A stretch of DNA of 64,000 nt from Candidatus Coproplasma excrementipullorum (GTDB taxonomy: Bacteria; Bacillota; Clostridia; Christensenellales; Borkfalkiaceae), in contig DVNU01000089.1 of NCBI GenBank assembly GCA_018714165.1, positions 832-64,831 on the forward strand, given 5' to 3'. Position 1 is the first letter of the stretch; each line of letters begins with the position of its first letter. A program made the position numbers and the translations under genes. The notes under the pieces were generated by a model, which had not been told where the DNA came from, made no database searches, and saw only the letters and a program-made list of their open reading frames with translations. Shown here piece after piece: positions 7,661-17,474 of this stretch.

Positions 7661-10600
7661 ATGAGTATGCCAGCGAACACTAAAAAGAAACCCCAACTCG
7701 ATCTGATTGAACTCGACGGCGAGCTCTTAAACTTCGTCTCGTATGCGACCTATTTCAACCGCATACCCCTTTTCACCACGCTCCGCGTGTACAACAACGG
7801 GGAGGAGGACATCGAAAACGTGGCTATCGCCCTTTCGGGTGACAGCTCTTTGGTCATGCCCGCCAACATCAACCTGCCCGTCATTCCCGCGCAGAGCAGT
7901 ATGGAGGTCAAGTCGCCCTCCCTGTTGAATCCCAAATTCCTTGCCGATTTAAAGGAGACGCAGGCCTGCAAGGTGTTCGTAAAGGTAAGTTGCGGCAAAA
8001 AGGACATCTGTTCGCTGGACGCCGACGTAACCGCCCTGCCCATGGATATGTGGAGCGGCATGTCGGGCAGTGTGGAGATGCTGTCCGCACACGTCCGCCC
8101 CAAGCTGTCCGACTGCCAGAAGGTGCTGGCCGAAGCGGGACTTCAGCTCAAAACCTGGGGCTTCTCGCAGGAGTGGTCGGGCTATGCCGGCAACGATAAA
8201 AACGCCGTTCGCGGCGCTTTCGCGGCCATATATTCGGCCATCCGCAACCTCAATATAGAGCGCGGGGAGGAGTGTGATATCTCCCTGCCCAACGCTGTAG
8301 GCAATGTCGCCGAAATTGTAGAGGAGCGCATAGCCACGCCCATAGGCATGGCCTGCTTTGCGGCCTCATGCCTGGAGGCGGCCAAGCTGAACGCGGTAAT
8401 TTTGCTCGGCAAAAACAAGATCGGCGTGGGAGTATGGCTGTACGAAAGCTGTTTCACCACCACCTTGCAGGACGACATGTCCGTAATCGAGCGCTACATC
8501 GCCGACGGCGTAAACAACCTCGCCATTGTCGATGTGGACGACCTCTTCGCGCACAAAAACGCCAGCTACACCACCTCGGCGGCGCACTTCTCCTCGGCGC
8601 TCACTGCAAAGCGCTTCGAGATGTGCCTTGACATAAAGCGCTGCCGCATAGGCGGCGTGTTCCCCATGCCGATTAAGGTCAAAAACGGCTCCTCGTATGA
8701 AATCCTTGGCGACAAGCAGTTCTCCTACGAGGCGCGCCCCAAGGACATAATCGACGCCGACAAGTTAGATTTAGGCCGCGCGGCCTCCAAGGACAAGAAC
8801 TGGGAGCGCAGGCTTCTGGATCTCTCTTTAAAGAACAACCTGCTGGCCTTCAGGTTCCGCCGCGACACAATACATCTTCTCACATACGATGCGTCCGCCT
8901 TCCTCGAAAAGCTGGGCGACCGCGAAAAACTCACCATCCACGCCAACGCCAACCCCATTGAGGGCGCGCTGTACTTCGGCGGCGGCCAGAAGCTCAAGAA
9001 CTTAGCCGAGCTCATCGATATCGAGCTGGGTCAGGGCATAGTCCGCGCATATTCCCGCACGGACACCCTTTTAGAGTCGGCCACCACTCTCATAAGAAAG
9101 GCGCGTTCCACGCAGGAGGAGGTGGGCGCCAATACCCTGTTTATGGCCATAGGCTTTTTAAAGTGGAAGGCGGCGGACGATAATGAGTTCAAATACGCGC
9201 CCCTCGTGCTTCTGCCCGTCACCTTAAAAAAGACCAAGACCCAGGGCATAGAGGTGGAGCTTTCGGACGAATTCCAGGTCAACACCACCCTTCTGGAGTT
9301 TTTAAAGGTCGAGTTCGGCATAGACGTGCGCGGGCTTGAGGGCGCCAACCTCACCCCTGCGGAGATACTCGCCGTAATGCGCTCCAAGACGGCCAATATG
9401 AAGGGCTGGCTCGTTCACGACGACATTTATATAGCCCAATTCACCTTCACCCGCTACGCAATGTGGGCGGATGTAAGGACAAATATGCCGGTGTACAAGA
9501 ACAACGCGCTCATCGCCAGCCTGCTTTCCAACAGCAACAAGCTGGGCGAAAACAAGCTTTCGGGCGTCGACGAGGACGACAGCGACCCCGAAGAAATATT
9601 GACGCCCCTGCCCTGCGACTCCTCGCAGTACGCCGCAATCTCCGAATCGGCCAAGGGCACAACCTTCGTCCTTCACGGCCCTCCCGGCACGGGCAAGAGC
9701 CAGACCATAACCAACATCATCGCCAACGCCGTAAATTCTGGCAAGCGCGTGCTCTTCGTTGCCGAAAAGCAGGCCGCCCTCCAGGTCGTCAAAAAGAGGC
9801 TGGACGAGATAGGCATAGGCGAATTCTGCCTCGAACTACATTCGGGCAAGTCGGCGCAGAAGTCTGAAATTGTCCGCTCGATAGAGGGCACCCTCGCCCT
9901 CAAGGACGACTATTCGGGCGACGAAAAATTTGTGGCCGATGCGCACAAGATTGTCGAGGACAGGGAAAGGTTAAAGGCTCCCCTTTCGGCCCTTCACAAA
10001 AAGCGCCGTCTGGGCGTATCCGTATACGAGGGTATATTGTACTATCTTCAGAATAAGAATGCCCCCGAACTCGTCAACATTGAATCGACTTTCTACGACG
10101 GCCTGACTGCCAAAAAACTGGCCGAGTGCGAGAGTATGCTCCTCACCGCCCAGGCGGCGGCCAAGGAGTGCGGAGGCGTATACCGCTCGCCCTTCACGGG
10201 CGTAAATATCGCCGTGTGCGACGAAAAGGTGCAGGCCTCCGTGCTTTGCGCCGCGGAAGTCGTGCTCGCCGAACTCAAACACCTCAAAAATTATCTCGGT
10301 CTCTTCCTCGACACATTCAACCAGAAGATTTCGGCCTTCACATCCAAAAAGCTCGAAAACCTGGTTGAAATCTGCACCGTCTTAAAGGAGGACAAATTAA
10401 AGAACTTCTTCAGCTGTGACGAGAGCGACTTTTACGTATTCTTCAACGCAAATCTACGCTACGACGCCGAGGTGCGCAACTGGATGACGCGCTTTAAAAG
10501 TCTGCCCGAACTGGGCAAGCTGGCCGACGGCATAGAGAGCGAGATTGAAAACTGGGGCGAAAATTACCGCTCGTCCCGCACGCTTATCGCCGTGCTCAAG

Positions 10601-13300
10601 CGCCTCAACCGCCTTGCGCGCACGCCCCTTGCCGAGAGCGAGGAGCTGGAGTGGATAAAGCGCGCCTATGAGATAGAGCAGGCGCGCAACAAGATACTCG
10701 GCTTCACTAACCTTTCGTCGGCCTTTGTCGGCCTCGGCAACAGTATAAACGATAAGAAGCGCGAGGACTATATGCGCCCCATATATTCGCTGCACCAGAG
10801 CTGTGCAAGCGTGTTTATGGACTACAACGGCGACGCCTTCAACAGCGTGTGCGCCCGCGCCGCCGACGGCTATTTAAAGCCGCTTTTAACCGGCTTTATC
10901 ACGGCGGCAGTGTCCTTTGTAAAGGCCTGCGACCACTTCAACAAAGTGATAAAGTGCGATAAAAATCTCGTCGGCGACGACGACCTGTTCGACTATTACA
11001 ACTCCAAGTGCACCGCGCTTATAGACAGCATAGACATGCTCCCCGCCTGGTGCATGTACAAAGCCACGGCCAAAAAGCTCAATGACAGCGGCCTGACCTT
11101 CATCACCGACGCTATGGAGTCGGGCCAGATCAGCGGCGAAAAGATACTCTCCGCCTTCCGCAAAAACGTATACCGCAACTTCATTCAGACCAACATACCC
11201 GCAGACGAAAACCTGGCTTCATTCTCGGCGGCCCTGCTCGACGAGACGGCGCGCGCCTTCTCGCAGGTGCTGGACGAATTCGCTCAGCTCACCCGCACGC
11301 GCATCCGCCACGACCTCATCGCCCGCCTGCCCTCATCACAGACGGAGGGCCCGCTGGCGCTGGAGCTCATGGCCTTCAACCGCCAGGTAAAGGGCAATAT
11401 GCGCGGCTTCAACCTGCGCTCGCTCTTCACCGACTTCCCCGAACTGTTAAAGGTTGTTGCGCCCTGCCTTTTAATGAGCCCCTCAACCGTGTCGCAGTAT
11501 CTCCCGCCCGACCCCAATCTGTTTGACATAGTCATCTTCGACGAGGCATCCCAGATGCCCACGTGCGAGGCGGTACCCTCGCTGGCGCGCGCAAAGAGCG
11601 CGATTATCGTCGGCGACCCCAAGCAGATGCCGCCCACGTCCTTCTTCGTCAATATGGATACGGACGACGAAAATCTGGAAGCGGAGGATCTGGAGTCCGT
11701 TCTCGACGACTGCCTGGCCCTGGGAATTCCCGAAAAGCATTTAAACTGGCACTACCGCTCCAAGCACGAGAGCCTGATTGCCTTCTCCAACATAATGTAC
11801 TATTCCTCGCGCCTGTGCACTTTCCCTTCACCCGACGCGATGGACAGCCGCGTAAAACTGCACTTCGTCCCCAACGGCGTGTACGAGCGCGGCGGCGCCA
11901 AGATAAACAAGCAGGAGGCGGACGAACTGGTGGGCGCCGTCATTGCGCGCCTCAAAGACCCCGTCCTTCGCCGATCGTCGATAGGCGTCGTAACCTTCTC
12001 CACGCCCCAGCAGGTGTATATCGAAAAATTGCTCTCCAAGCGCATCACTGCAATGGGACTTGAGGAGGCGGCATATGAGCGGGAGGAGCCCCTCTTTATC
12101 AAGAACCTCGAAAACGTTCAGGGCGACGAGAGGGACGTCATAATGTTCTCGGTCTGCTACGGCCCCGACGCGGCGGGCAGAATTTCTTTAAACTTCGGCC
12201 CCTTAAACCAGCTGGGCGGCTGGCGCCGTCTCAACGTTGCCGTGTCCAGGGCGAGGGAGGAGATGATAATCTTCTCGTCCATGCACTACTCGATGATAGA
12301 CCTCTCGCGCACCACTTCGCGCGGCGTTGCTGGCTTAAAGGCCTTCCTCGAATTTGCCGAAAAGGGCAGAACTACCATAGCCCGGCCCTCGGATGAGGTC
12401 ATCGTCAACAAGACGGGCATCGGCCGCTACGTCGCCGCCGAACTCGCGCCCTACGGCTACGAGTGCCGCACCGACGTGGGCGTGTCCGACTTCAAGATAG
12501 ACGTCGCCGTCGTCGACCCCAAGAACAAACATAACTTTATCCTGGCCATTCTGTGCGACGGCACCACCGACTTCTCCGTAAAAGACCGCTCGGTAATGCA
12601 GGTGCAGACCTTAAAGCGCAACAACTGGAACGTGATAAGGTTGTATGCGATAAACTTTTTCAACAATCCCAAGCGCGAGATCAAGAAGATAAAGGAATAC
12701 CTCGACAAGCTTACTTCTACCCAGAAGGCCACGGCCAACACCTACAAAAAGGCCTACCGCTTCGCAAAGGTGGAGGAGCGCTCGCTCGATACCTCTGCGA
12801 TCTTAAGCGGCGAAAACGACGGCGATATCATAAAGGTAATCCGCGCAGTCGTCACTGCGGAGGAGCCCATCTCCGCGCAGTTTTTAACCAAGCGCGTGCT
12901 GTCCGTATACGGCATAACCAAGTACGGCACCAAGCTCGAAAATAAAATTTCTTCTCTCGTCTCGGCCTGCGCCTTCAAGAGCGTCAATATGGTGGGCAAC
13001 ACCTACTATTATAAGACCGATAAGTTGCTGGCATATGACCGCTACCGCGTGGAGAACGGCACCCAGGTGCGCACTTCTGATACCGATTTTACGCCCTTCG
13101 ACGTCATCTCCCTCGTCAAGGCCATTCTTTTGGATAAGGTAAGCATGTATTCTGACGAGCTTGTCGCCTCGGTAATCAAACAGCTCGGCGTTCCCCGCGT
13201 GTCCGATAAGATGACTGCCTTTGTAAATGCCGGCATAGACCAGGGCGTGCACGAGGGTCTGTTCATACGCAGTATATCCGACAGGATATCTTTAAGCTGA
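7661..13300 (+). CDS. Giant SF1 (Upf1-like) helicase with DUF4011-like, Vsr/PD-(D/E)xK-like and DUF3320-like regions
   Basis: 1879 aa. Recognised segments: NWERRLLDLSLKNNLL (DUF4011-type); Walker A HGPPGTGKSQT; Walker B DEASQM about 620 aa later; NVAVSRAREEM; then ECRTDVGVSDFKIDVAVVDP...ILCDG; then a DUF3320-like tail. The start may instead be the second ATG at 7667. Confidence 0.8.
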   Translation: MSMPANTKKKPQLDLIELDGELLNFVSYATYFNRIPLFTTLRVYNNGEEDIENVAIALSGDSSLVMPANINLPVIPAQSSMEVKSPSLLNPKFLADLKETQACKVFVKVSCGKKDICSLDADVTALPMDMWSGMSGSVEMLSAHVRPKLSDCQKVLAEAGLQLKTWGFSQEWSGYAGNDKNAVRGAFAAIYSAIRNLNIERGEECDISLPNAVGNVAEIVEERIATPIGMACFAASCLEAAKLNAVILLGKNKIGVGVWLYESCFTTTLQDDMSVIERYIADGVNNLAIVDVDDLFAHKNASYTTSAAHFSSALTAKRFEMCLDIKRCRIGGVFPMPIKVKNGSSYEILGDKQFSYEARPKDIIDADKLDLGRAASKDKNWERRLLDLSLKNNLLAFRFRRDTIHLLTYDASAFLEKLGDREKLTIHANANPIEGALYFGGGQKLKNLAELIDIELGQGIVRAYSRTDTLLESATTLIRKARSTQEEVGANTLFMAIGFLKWKAADDNEFKYAPLVLLPVTLKKTKTQGIEVELSDEFQVNTTLLEFLKVEFGIDVRGLEGANLTPAEILAVMRSKTANMKGWLVHDDIYIAQFTFTRYAMWADVRTNMPVYKNNALIASLLSNSNKLGENKLSGVDEDDSDPEEILTPLPCDSSQYAAISESAKGTTFVLHGPPGTGKSQTITNIIANAVNSGKRVLFVAEKQAALQVVKKRLDEIGIGEFCLELHSGKSAQKSEIVRSIEGTLALKDDYSGDEKFVADAHKIVEDRERLKAPLSALHKKRRLGVSVYEGILYYLQNKNAPELVNIESTFYDGLTAKKLAECESMLLTAQAAAKECGGVYRSPFTGVNIAVCDEKVQASVLCAAEVVLAELKHLKNYLGLFLDTFNQKISAFTSKKLENLVEICTVLKEDKLKNFFSCDESDFYVFFNANLRYDAEVRNWMTRFKSLPELGKLADGIESEIENWGENYRSSRTLIAVLKRLNRLARTPLAESEELEWIKRAYEIEQARNKILGFTNLSSAFVGLGNSINDKKREDYMRPIYSLHQSCASVFMDYNGDAFNSVCARAADGYLKPLLTGFITAAVSFVKACDHFNKVIKCDKNLVGDDDLFDYYNSKCTALIDSIDMLPAWCMYKATAKKLNDSGLTFITDAMESGQISGEKILSAFRKNVYRNFIQTNIPADENLASFSAALLDETARAFSQVLDEFAQLTRTRIRHDLIARLPSSQTEGPLALELMAFNRQVKGNMRGFNLRSLFTDFPELLKVVAPCLLMSPSTVSQYLPPDPNLFDIVIFDEASQMPTCEAVPSLARAKSAIIVGDPKQMPPTSFFVNMDTDDENLEAEDLESVLDDCLALGIPEKHLNWHYRSKHESLIAFSNIMYYSSRLCTFPSPDAMDSRVKLHFVPNGVYERGGAKINKQEADELVGAVIARLKDPVLRRSSIGVVTFSTPQQVYIEKLLSKRITAMGLEEAAYEREEPLFIKNLENVQGDERDVIMFSVCYGPDAAGRISLNFGPLNQLGGWRRLNVAVSRAREEMIIFSSMHYSMIDLSRTTSRGVAGLKAFLEFAEKGRTTIARPSDEVIVNKTGIGRYVAAELAPYGYECRTDVGVSDFKIDVAVVDPKNKHNFILAILCDGTTDFSVKDRSVMQVQTLKRNNWNVIRLYAINFFNNPKREIKKIKEYLDKLTSTQKATANTYKKAYRFAKVEERSLDTSAILSGENDGDIIKVIRAVVTAEEPISAQFLTKRVLSVYGITKYGTKLENKISSLVSACAFKSVNMVGNTYYYKTDKLLAYDRYRVENGTQVRTSDTDFTPFDVISLVKAILLDKVSMYSDELVASVIKQLGVPRVSDKMTAFVNAGIDQGVHEGLFIRSISDRISLS

Positions 13301-13302
13301 TT

Positions 13303-15402
13303 ATGTCCAAGACAGGCAGAATAGTAAATTTCAGGTTGCCGTTCGCCGCCGCGCTCGCACTTGCGTGCGGCGTGGCGGCGGCATACCTTTTCACAAGGTA
13401 TTCGGTCGACTATTTTTATCTGATTGCGGTTGTGCCCGTCGCAGCCGTAATTTTTATTGTCCTTTTGCTCGTCACGCGCGGCAGGCGATCAATAGTTTTC
13501 TTTTTTATAACCCTTGCGTTTTTCGCGTTGGGTGCCATATATGCCGCAGTTATCTTCTCTTCGCTCATCTCACCGCCCGCCGTTGCGGACGGCTTTGCCA
13601 CGGTGGAAGGGGTGGTGGAGGAGGTGCGCGCCACCTCCGCAGGCGAGCCTTACCTTGTAATCTCCTCGCCGACAGTCAACGGACTGCACGTCGGCGGGAA
13701 AATGCTCGTCTATTTGGGCGAAGAGGCGGGCGGCGCACTCTCGCCGGGCTATAAAGTCAGCCTGTACGGCTATGTCGGGCACTACGATTTAATTGCATAC
13801 GGCTCGCTCAACTATCGCGTCATAGGCGGCGCAAGGTATTATGCAAGCGCCTACGGCGCGTTGCAATACAGCTACGGTTTTTCGCTCTTCGGCACCCTTC
13901 GTTCGGCCATATATGCCACTCTTTTTGACAATCTGGACTACGAAACTGCCGCCGTCGCCTATGCCATGATAACAGGCAGCACGCAGGATATCTCTTCGGG
14001 CACGCTCGAAGCCTTCCGCTTCGGCGGCGTGGCGCACATCTTCGCCGTGTCCGGACTCAACATAACCGTGCTGTATGTGGCTGTCTCGGCCCTTCTCAAA
14101 AAACTGCGCGCCAACAAATGGCTGTCTGCGGCGGTCAGCCTTTTGGTCATCTTCTTCTATACGGGTATGTGCGGCTTCACGCTCTCTGCCGTCAGGGCGG
14201 CCATAATGTGCGCCGTGGCGGCGCTCTCGTCGCTCACTTTCAATAAATACGACGGCCTCAACTCGCTGTCTTTAGCAGTCATTATAATACTGCTTATAAA
14301 TCCTTTGAACCTGTTTGATGTCGGGTTCGTGCTCTCCGTGTCGGCAATGCTGGGCATAATTTTCCTCTCGTCAGGCATCAACCGCGCCCTGCGCCGCTTG
14401 CCTTCGGGGCTGAGGAGTAACATATCTATGAGCGTCGCCTCCCAGGCCGCAACCTTTCCCGCGCTCATGCTCACCTTCGGCTACATCTCAGGCGCGGGGC
14501 TTTTGCTCAACATAGTCGTTCTGCCCCTGCTCACCCTTTTATATATAATCCTCTTTGCGTGCACGGCGCTGTGTTGCGTCATTCCCGCCATAGCTCCTGC
14601 AGTGCTTCCAGTCGCCGCGCTGCCCCTGCAGGCTGTGGTCAATTTTCTCGTCGGCGGTGGATTCGAACGTTCCCTCATTTCAGGCTTCGGCGGGTGGTGG
14701 GTGGCCCTGTTTGCGGCAATCGCCATCGCGGCGCTTTCCGATAAGTTCAATTTCTCACTCACAATCCGTGCGGCGGTGGGAGGGGTGTGCGCCGTCTGCT
14801 TCGCACTGTGCTGCACGCTCGGCGGCGCCGTATTCGGCAATGAAACGCGTATAGTTGCGGGCGGCTATTACGGCGGAGGCATGGTGCTCGTCCGCGCGCA
14901 GACCGGCACTACCTTGATTCTTATCTGCGACACATACAGCGGCGGAATATCCTCCTTTGTCAACACCTACGCACCCGAAGGGGTGGATGACCTGATAATT
15001 CTCGGCGGCGATGACTGCGCCGCATACTACTATGAATGCGGCGTGGAAGTCCAAAGGGTGTGGCTTCCTCCCTCCAACATTCAGCTCGGCGGGCTGGACG
15101 GAGCCGAGGTGTTTTATGAAGAAAGTTTTGAATTGTACGGCACATATTATGCGTTCAATAACTCTTTTACTCTCTCTGCGGAAACAAACGGAGTAACCTT
15201 TCTGGTGGGTGCCGTCGAAAACGTTGACACTGATCCCGTCGATCTGGCCCTTCTTGCCGACGGCAATGCCGTGGCCGATGCGGTAAATATCGTTTACTTT
15301 AACTCAAGCGGCGGGCATTTTAACTTGTACACGCAGGGATGCTTGCAATTTATCGCAAATGGTGGTAAACTTATGTTGCAGGGTTCAGTACCCCCGGCGT
15401 GA
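13303..15402 (+). CDS. comEC: ComEC/Rec2 family DNA internalization channel protein
   Basis: Polytopic membrane protein with the competence-domain signature GGVAHIFAVSGLNITVL. It is followed by holA, as in Bacillus. The C-terminal lactamase-like region lacks the HxHxDH motif. Confidence 0.8.
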   Translation: MSKTGRIVNFRLPFAAALALACGVAAAYLFTRYSVDYFYLIAVVPVAAVIFIVLLLVTRGRRSIVFFFITLAFFALGAIYAAVIFSSLISPPAVADGFATVEGVVEEVRATSAGEPYLVISSPTVNGLHVGGKMLVYLGEEAGGALSPGYKVSLYGYVGHYDLIAYGSLNYRVIGGARYYASAYGALQYSYGFSLFGTLRSAIYATLFDNLDYETAAVAYAMITGSTQDISSGTLEAFRFGGVAHIFAVSGLNITVLYVAVSALLKKLRANKWLSAAVSLLVIFFYTGMCGFTLSAVRAAIMCAVAALSSLTFNKYDGLNSLSLAVIIILLINPLNLFDVGFVLSVSAMLGIIFLSSGINRALRRLPSGLRSNISMSVASQAATFPALMLTFGYISGAGLLLNIVVLPLLTLLYIILFACTALCCVIPAIAPAVLPVAALPLQAVVNFLVGGGFERSLISGFGGWWVALFAAIAIAALSDKFNFSLTIRAAVGGVCAVCFALCCTLGGAVFGNETRIVAGGYYGGGMVLVRAQTGTTLILICDTYSGGISSFVNTYAPEGVDDLIILGGDDCAAYYYECGVEVQRVWLPPSNIQLGGLDGAEVFYEESFELYGTYYAFNNSFTLSAETNGVTFLVGAVENVDTDPVDLALLADGNAVADAVNIVYFNSSGGHFNLYTQGCLQFIANGGKLMLQGSVPPA

Positions 15403-15409
15403 GGCAGAG

Positions 15410-16381
15410 ATGAAATACACCGAACTCAAAAACGACATAGCGCAGGGCGACCGCAGGATATATCTCTTCGAGGGTGAGGACGCCTATTTCCGCACCCGCG
15501 GCGAGGAGCAGGTCAGGGCGGCCTTTCTGGAAATGCCTGAACTCAACTTCGCCTCCTTCGACGGTGCTCTCTTAAAGGGCAAGGCCGCCGGCGAACTCAC
15601 CACGGCCATGGCGGCCTGTCCGTTTATGGCGCAAAAGCGCATAATAAGGGTGGGCGAGTTTTATCCCTCTGAGGCCGATTACGACAGATATTATAAGTCC
15701 GCCTTCGAAAACTGCCCCGATACGACCATTCTCATAATCGTCAACAGCGGCGCGGGCAAGGGCGCGGCGCTCAAGCGCAAAAAGTGTATAACTTTTGTCG
15801 ACTGTTCCCGCGCGGACGAGGACACCGTAACGCGGTGGGCATACGCCACCTTAAAGCGTGCCGGCGTCGCCTCGGACGTGCAGGCCTGCCGCAACATAGC
15901 GGCATACTGTCTGTGCGATATGGCCCGCGTGGAGGGGGAAGTTACAAAGCTGATAGAGTACGGCAAGTCCCCCATAACCGTTGAGGACGTGGAGGCGCTT
16001 GTATATAAGGATACCGACTACCGCATCTACGAGATGACCGATGCGATAGCTTACAAAAATTATTCCAAATTCTGCGCCATATGCAGCGAGCTGGCGCAGA
16101 AGAGCACCGACCGCATGGCGATCATCTCCGCTCTGCACAGGTACTTTAAAAATCTGCTCGTCATCTATTCTTCGTCAGACGGCACGGCCGCGCTGGCTTC
16201 ACAGCTCAAAATGCCTGAATTTGCCGTCCGCAAGAGCGGCGAAAGGGCGCGAACACTGGGTAAAGAAAGGCTCGTTCACTGCACTTCGGCGCTGTACGAC
16301 CTCTCCGCGCGCGTGCGTTCGGGCAGGCTTTCGCCCGACGGCGCCTTCTACACCGCCCTGGCAGACGTGTTGTTCGGCTAA
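15410..16381 (+). CDS. holA: DNA polymerase III delta subunit
   Basis: N-terminal YLFEGEDAYF pattern, about 323 aa, conserved position downstream of comEC. The start is taken at MKYTEL, after a gaggcagag RBS. Confidence 0.75.
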   Translation: MKYTELKNDIAQGDRRIYLFEGEDAYFRTRGEEQVRAAFLEMPELNFASFDGALLKGKAAGELTTAMAACPFMAQKRIIRVGEFYPSEADYDRYYKSAFENCPDTTILIIVNSGAGKGAALKRKKCITFVDCSRADEDTVTRWAYATLKRAGVASDVQACRNIAAYCLCDMARVEGEVTKLIEYGKSPITVEDVEALVYKDTDYRIYEMTDAIAYKNYSKFCAICSELAQKSTDRMAIISALHRYFKNLLVIYSSSDGTAALASQLKMPEFAVRKSGERARTLGKERLVHCTSALYDLSARVRSGRLSPDGAFYTALADVLFG

Positions 16382-16525
16382 ATTTTGGGTCTCTGTACAA
16401 AATTGGGGCGGAAAACGCTTTATTTTTGCTTTCAAAAATAATATAATACATAATAAGCATTGCACGGTTTTGGGCGCATACCCCCGCGCAGTGCCTGTGC
16501 GCTATAAAACATACGGAGCTTTTGT

Positions 16526-17335
16526 ATGAATTCTTTGCAGGCCATAGGGCAGAAACTCACCGCCATGTGGAACGGAATGGACTGGACATATGCCATCCAG
16601 TTTATCGCATTTGCCGTTCTTTTCTATCTGGCTTTCAAAATTTTAAAGGAGAACAAGGGCGGCAAGTTCATCGCCATACTCTGCGCGGCGGTAGTTGTGT
16701 TCGGCGTCGCCTGCTCCTTCTCTGACAACATCAGTTCGCAGACGCTTTTAATCCTGATATTCATTTCGGTAATCGTCGTAGTGACTATGTTCAACGTAGA
16801 AATCAAGCGCGGTATGCTCGATTCGGGCGCAAGGCGGCATGTTGCCCGCTCCAATATGACCGTCGGGCACATCGAAAAGATAATTCAGGAGACCATCCGC
16901 GCCGTGCAGGATATGTCCAAGACCAACACGGGCGCGCTCATAGTGCTCTCCAACGAAAACCTGCCCGAAGGCATAATCTCCTCCGGCACGGTTGTAAATG
17001 CCGACATAACCGCCCCCATGATAGAGGCCGTGTTCTATCCCAAGGCACCCCTTCACGACGGCGCTATGATTATAGAAGGCGACAAAATCCACGCCGCGGG
17101 CTGTTTTCTTCCCATAATCCAGAACGACAATCTCCCCCAGGAGCTGGGTTCGCGCCACCGCGCGGCCCTGGGCGTAACCTCGGTCGCCTCGGTCACGGCC
17201 ATAGTCGTATCCGAAGAGACGGGCATCATCTCCATAGTCAAAAACGGCGAAGTGCGCAAGCGCTATGCAAGCGATATCGACCTCAAAAACGCGCTGTCGC
17301 AGTACTACTGGAGCGATCTTACGGCTGAAAATTAA
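16526..17335 (+). CDS. cdaA: Diadenylate cyclase (membrane-anchored, CdaA type)
   Basis: Three N-terminal TM helices. DAC domain motifs DGAMII and SRHRAALG. Confidence 0.9.
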   Translation: MNSLQAIGQKLTAMWNGMDWTYAIQFIAFAVLFYLAFKILKENKGGKFIAILCAAVVVFGVACSFSDNISSQTLLILIFISVIVVVTMFNVEIKRGMLDSGARRHVARSNMTVGHIEKIIQETIRAVQDMSKTNTGALIVLSNENLPEGIISSGTVVNADITAPMIEAVFYPKAPLHDGAMIIEGDKIHAAGCFLPIIQNDNLPQELGSRHRAALGVTSVASVTAIVVSEETGIISIVKNGEVRKRYASDIDLKNALSQYYWSDLTAEN

Positions 17336-17346
17336 AGGAGGGCGGC

Positions 17347-17463
17347 ATGAAAAAATTCAAAAAAATAGTAAAGGATATATTTACAAAAAATATCGATATA
17401 AAAATTCTCGCCATCGTCATTGCGGCGATCGCGGTCATCTTCATCAATATTCCAACCGCGTAA
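17347..17463 (+). CDS. 38-aa single-TM micro-ORF in the cdaR position (CdaR/YbbR N-terminal remnant)
   Basis: MKKFKKIVKDIFTKNIDIKILAIVIAAIAVIFINIPTA. RBS aaggagg. It sits 11 nt after the cdaA stop. It resembles the N-terminal anchor of CdaR but has no YbbR repeats. Confidence 0.45.
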   Translation: MKKFKKIVKDIFTKNIDIKILAIVIAAIAVIFINIPTA

Positions 17464-17474
17464 AGGAGGAGCAA

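Noticed and set aside
17265-17474. The N-terminal 70-aa extension of the DUF1015 ORF as listed in the ORF track (start 17265).
   Set aside because: The extension overlaps the 3' end of cdaA and the micro-ORF in other frames, and it is Arg/Lys-rich nonsense. An excellent RBS (aaaggagga) precedes the internal ATG at 17475, where the DUF1015-like sequence begins.
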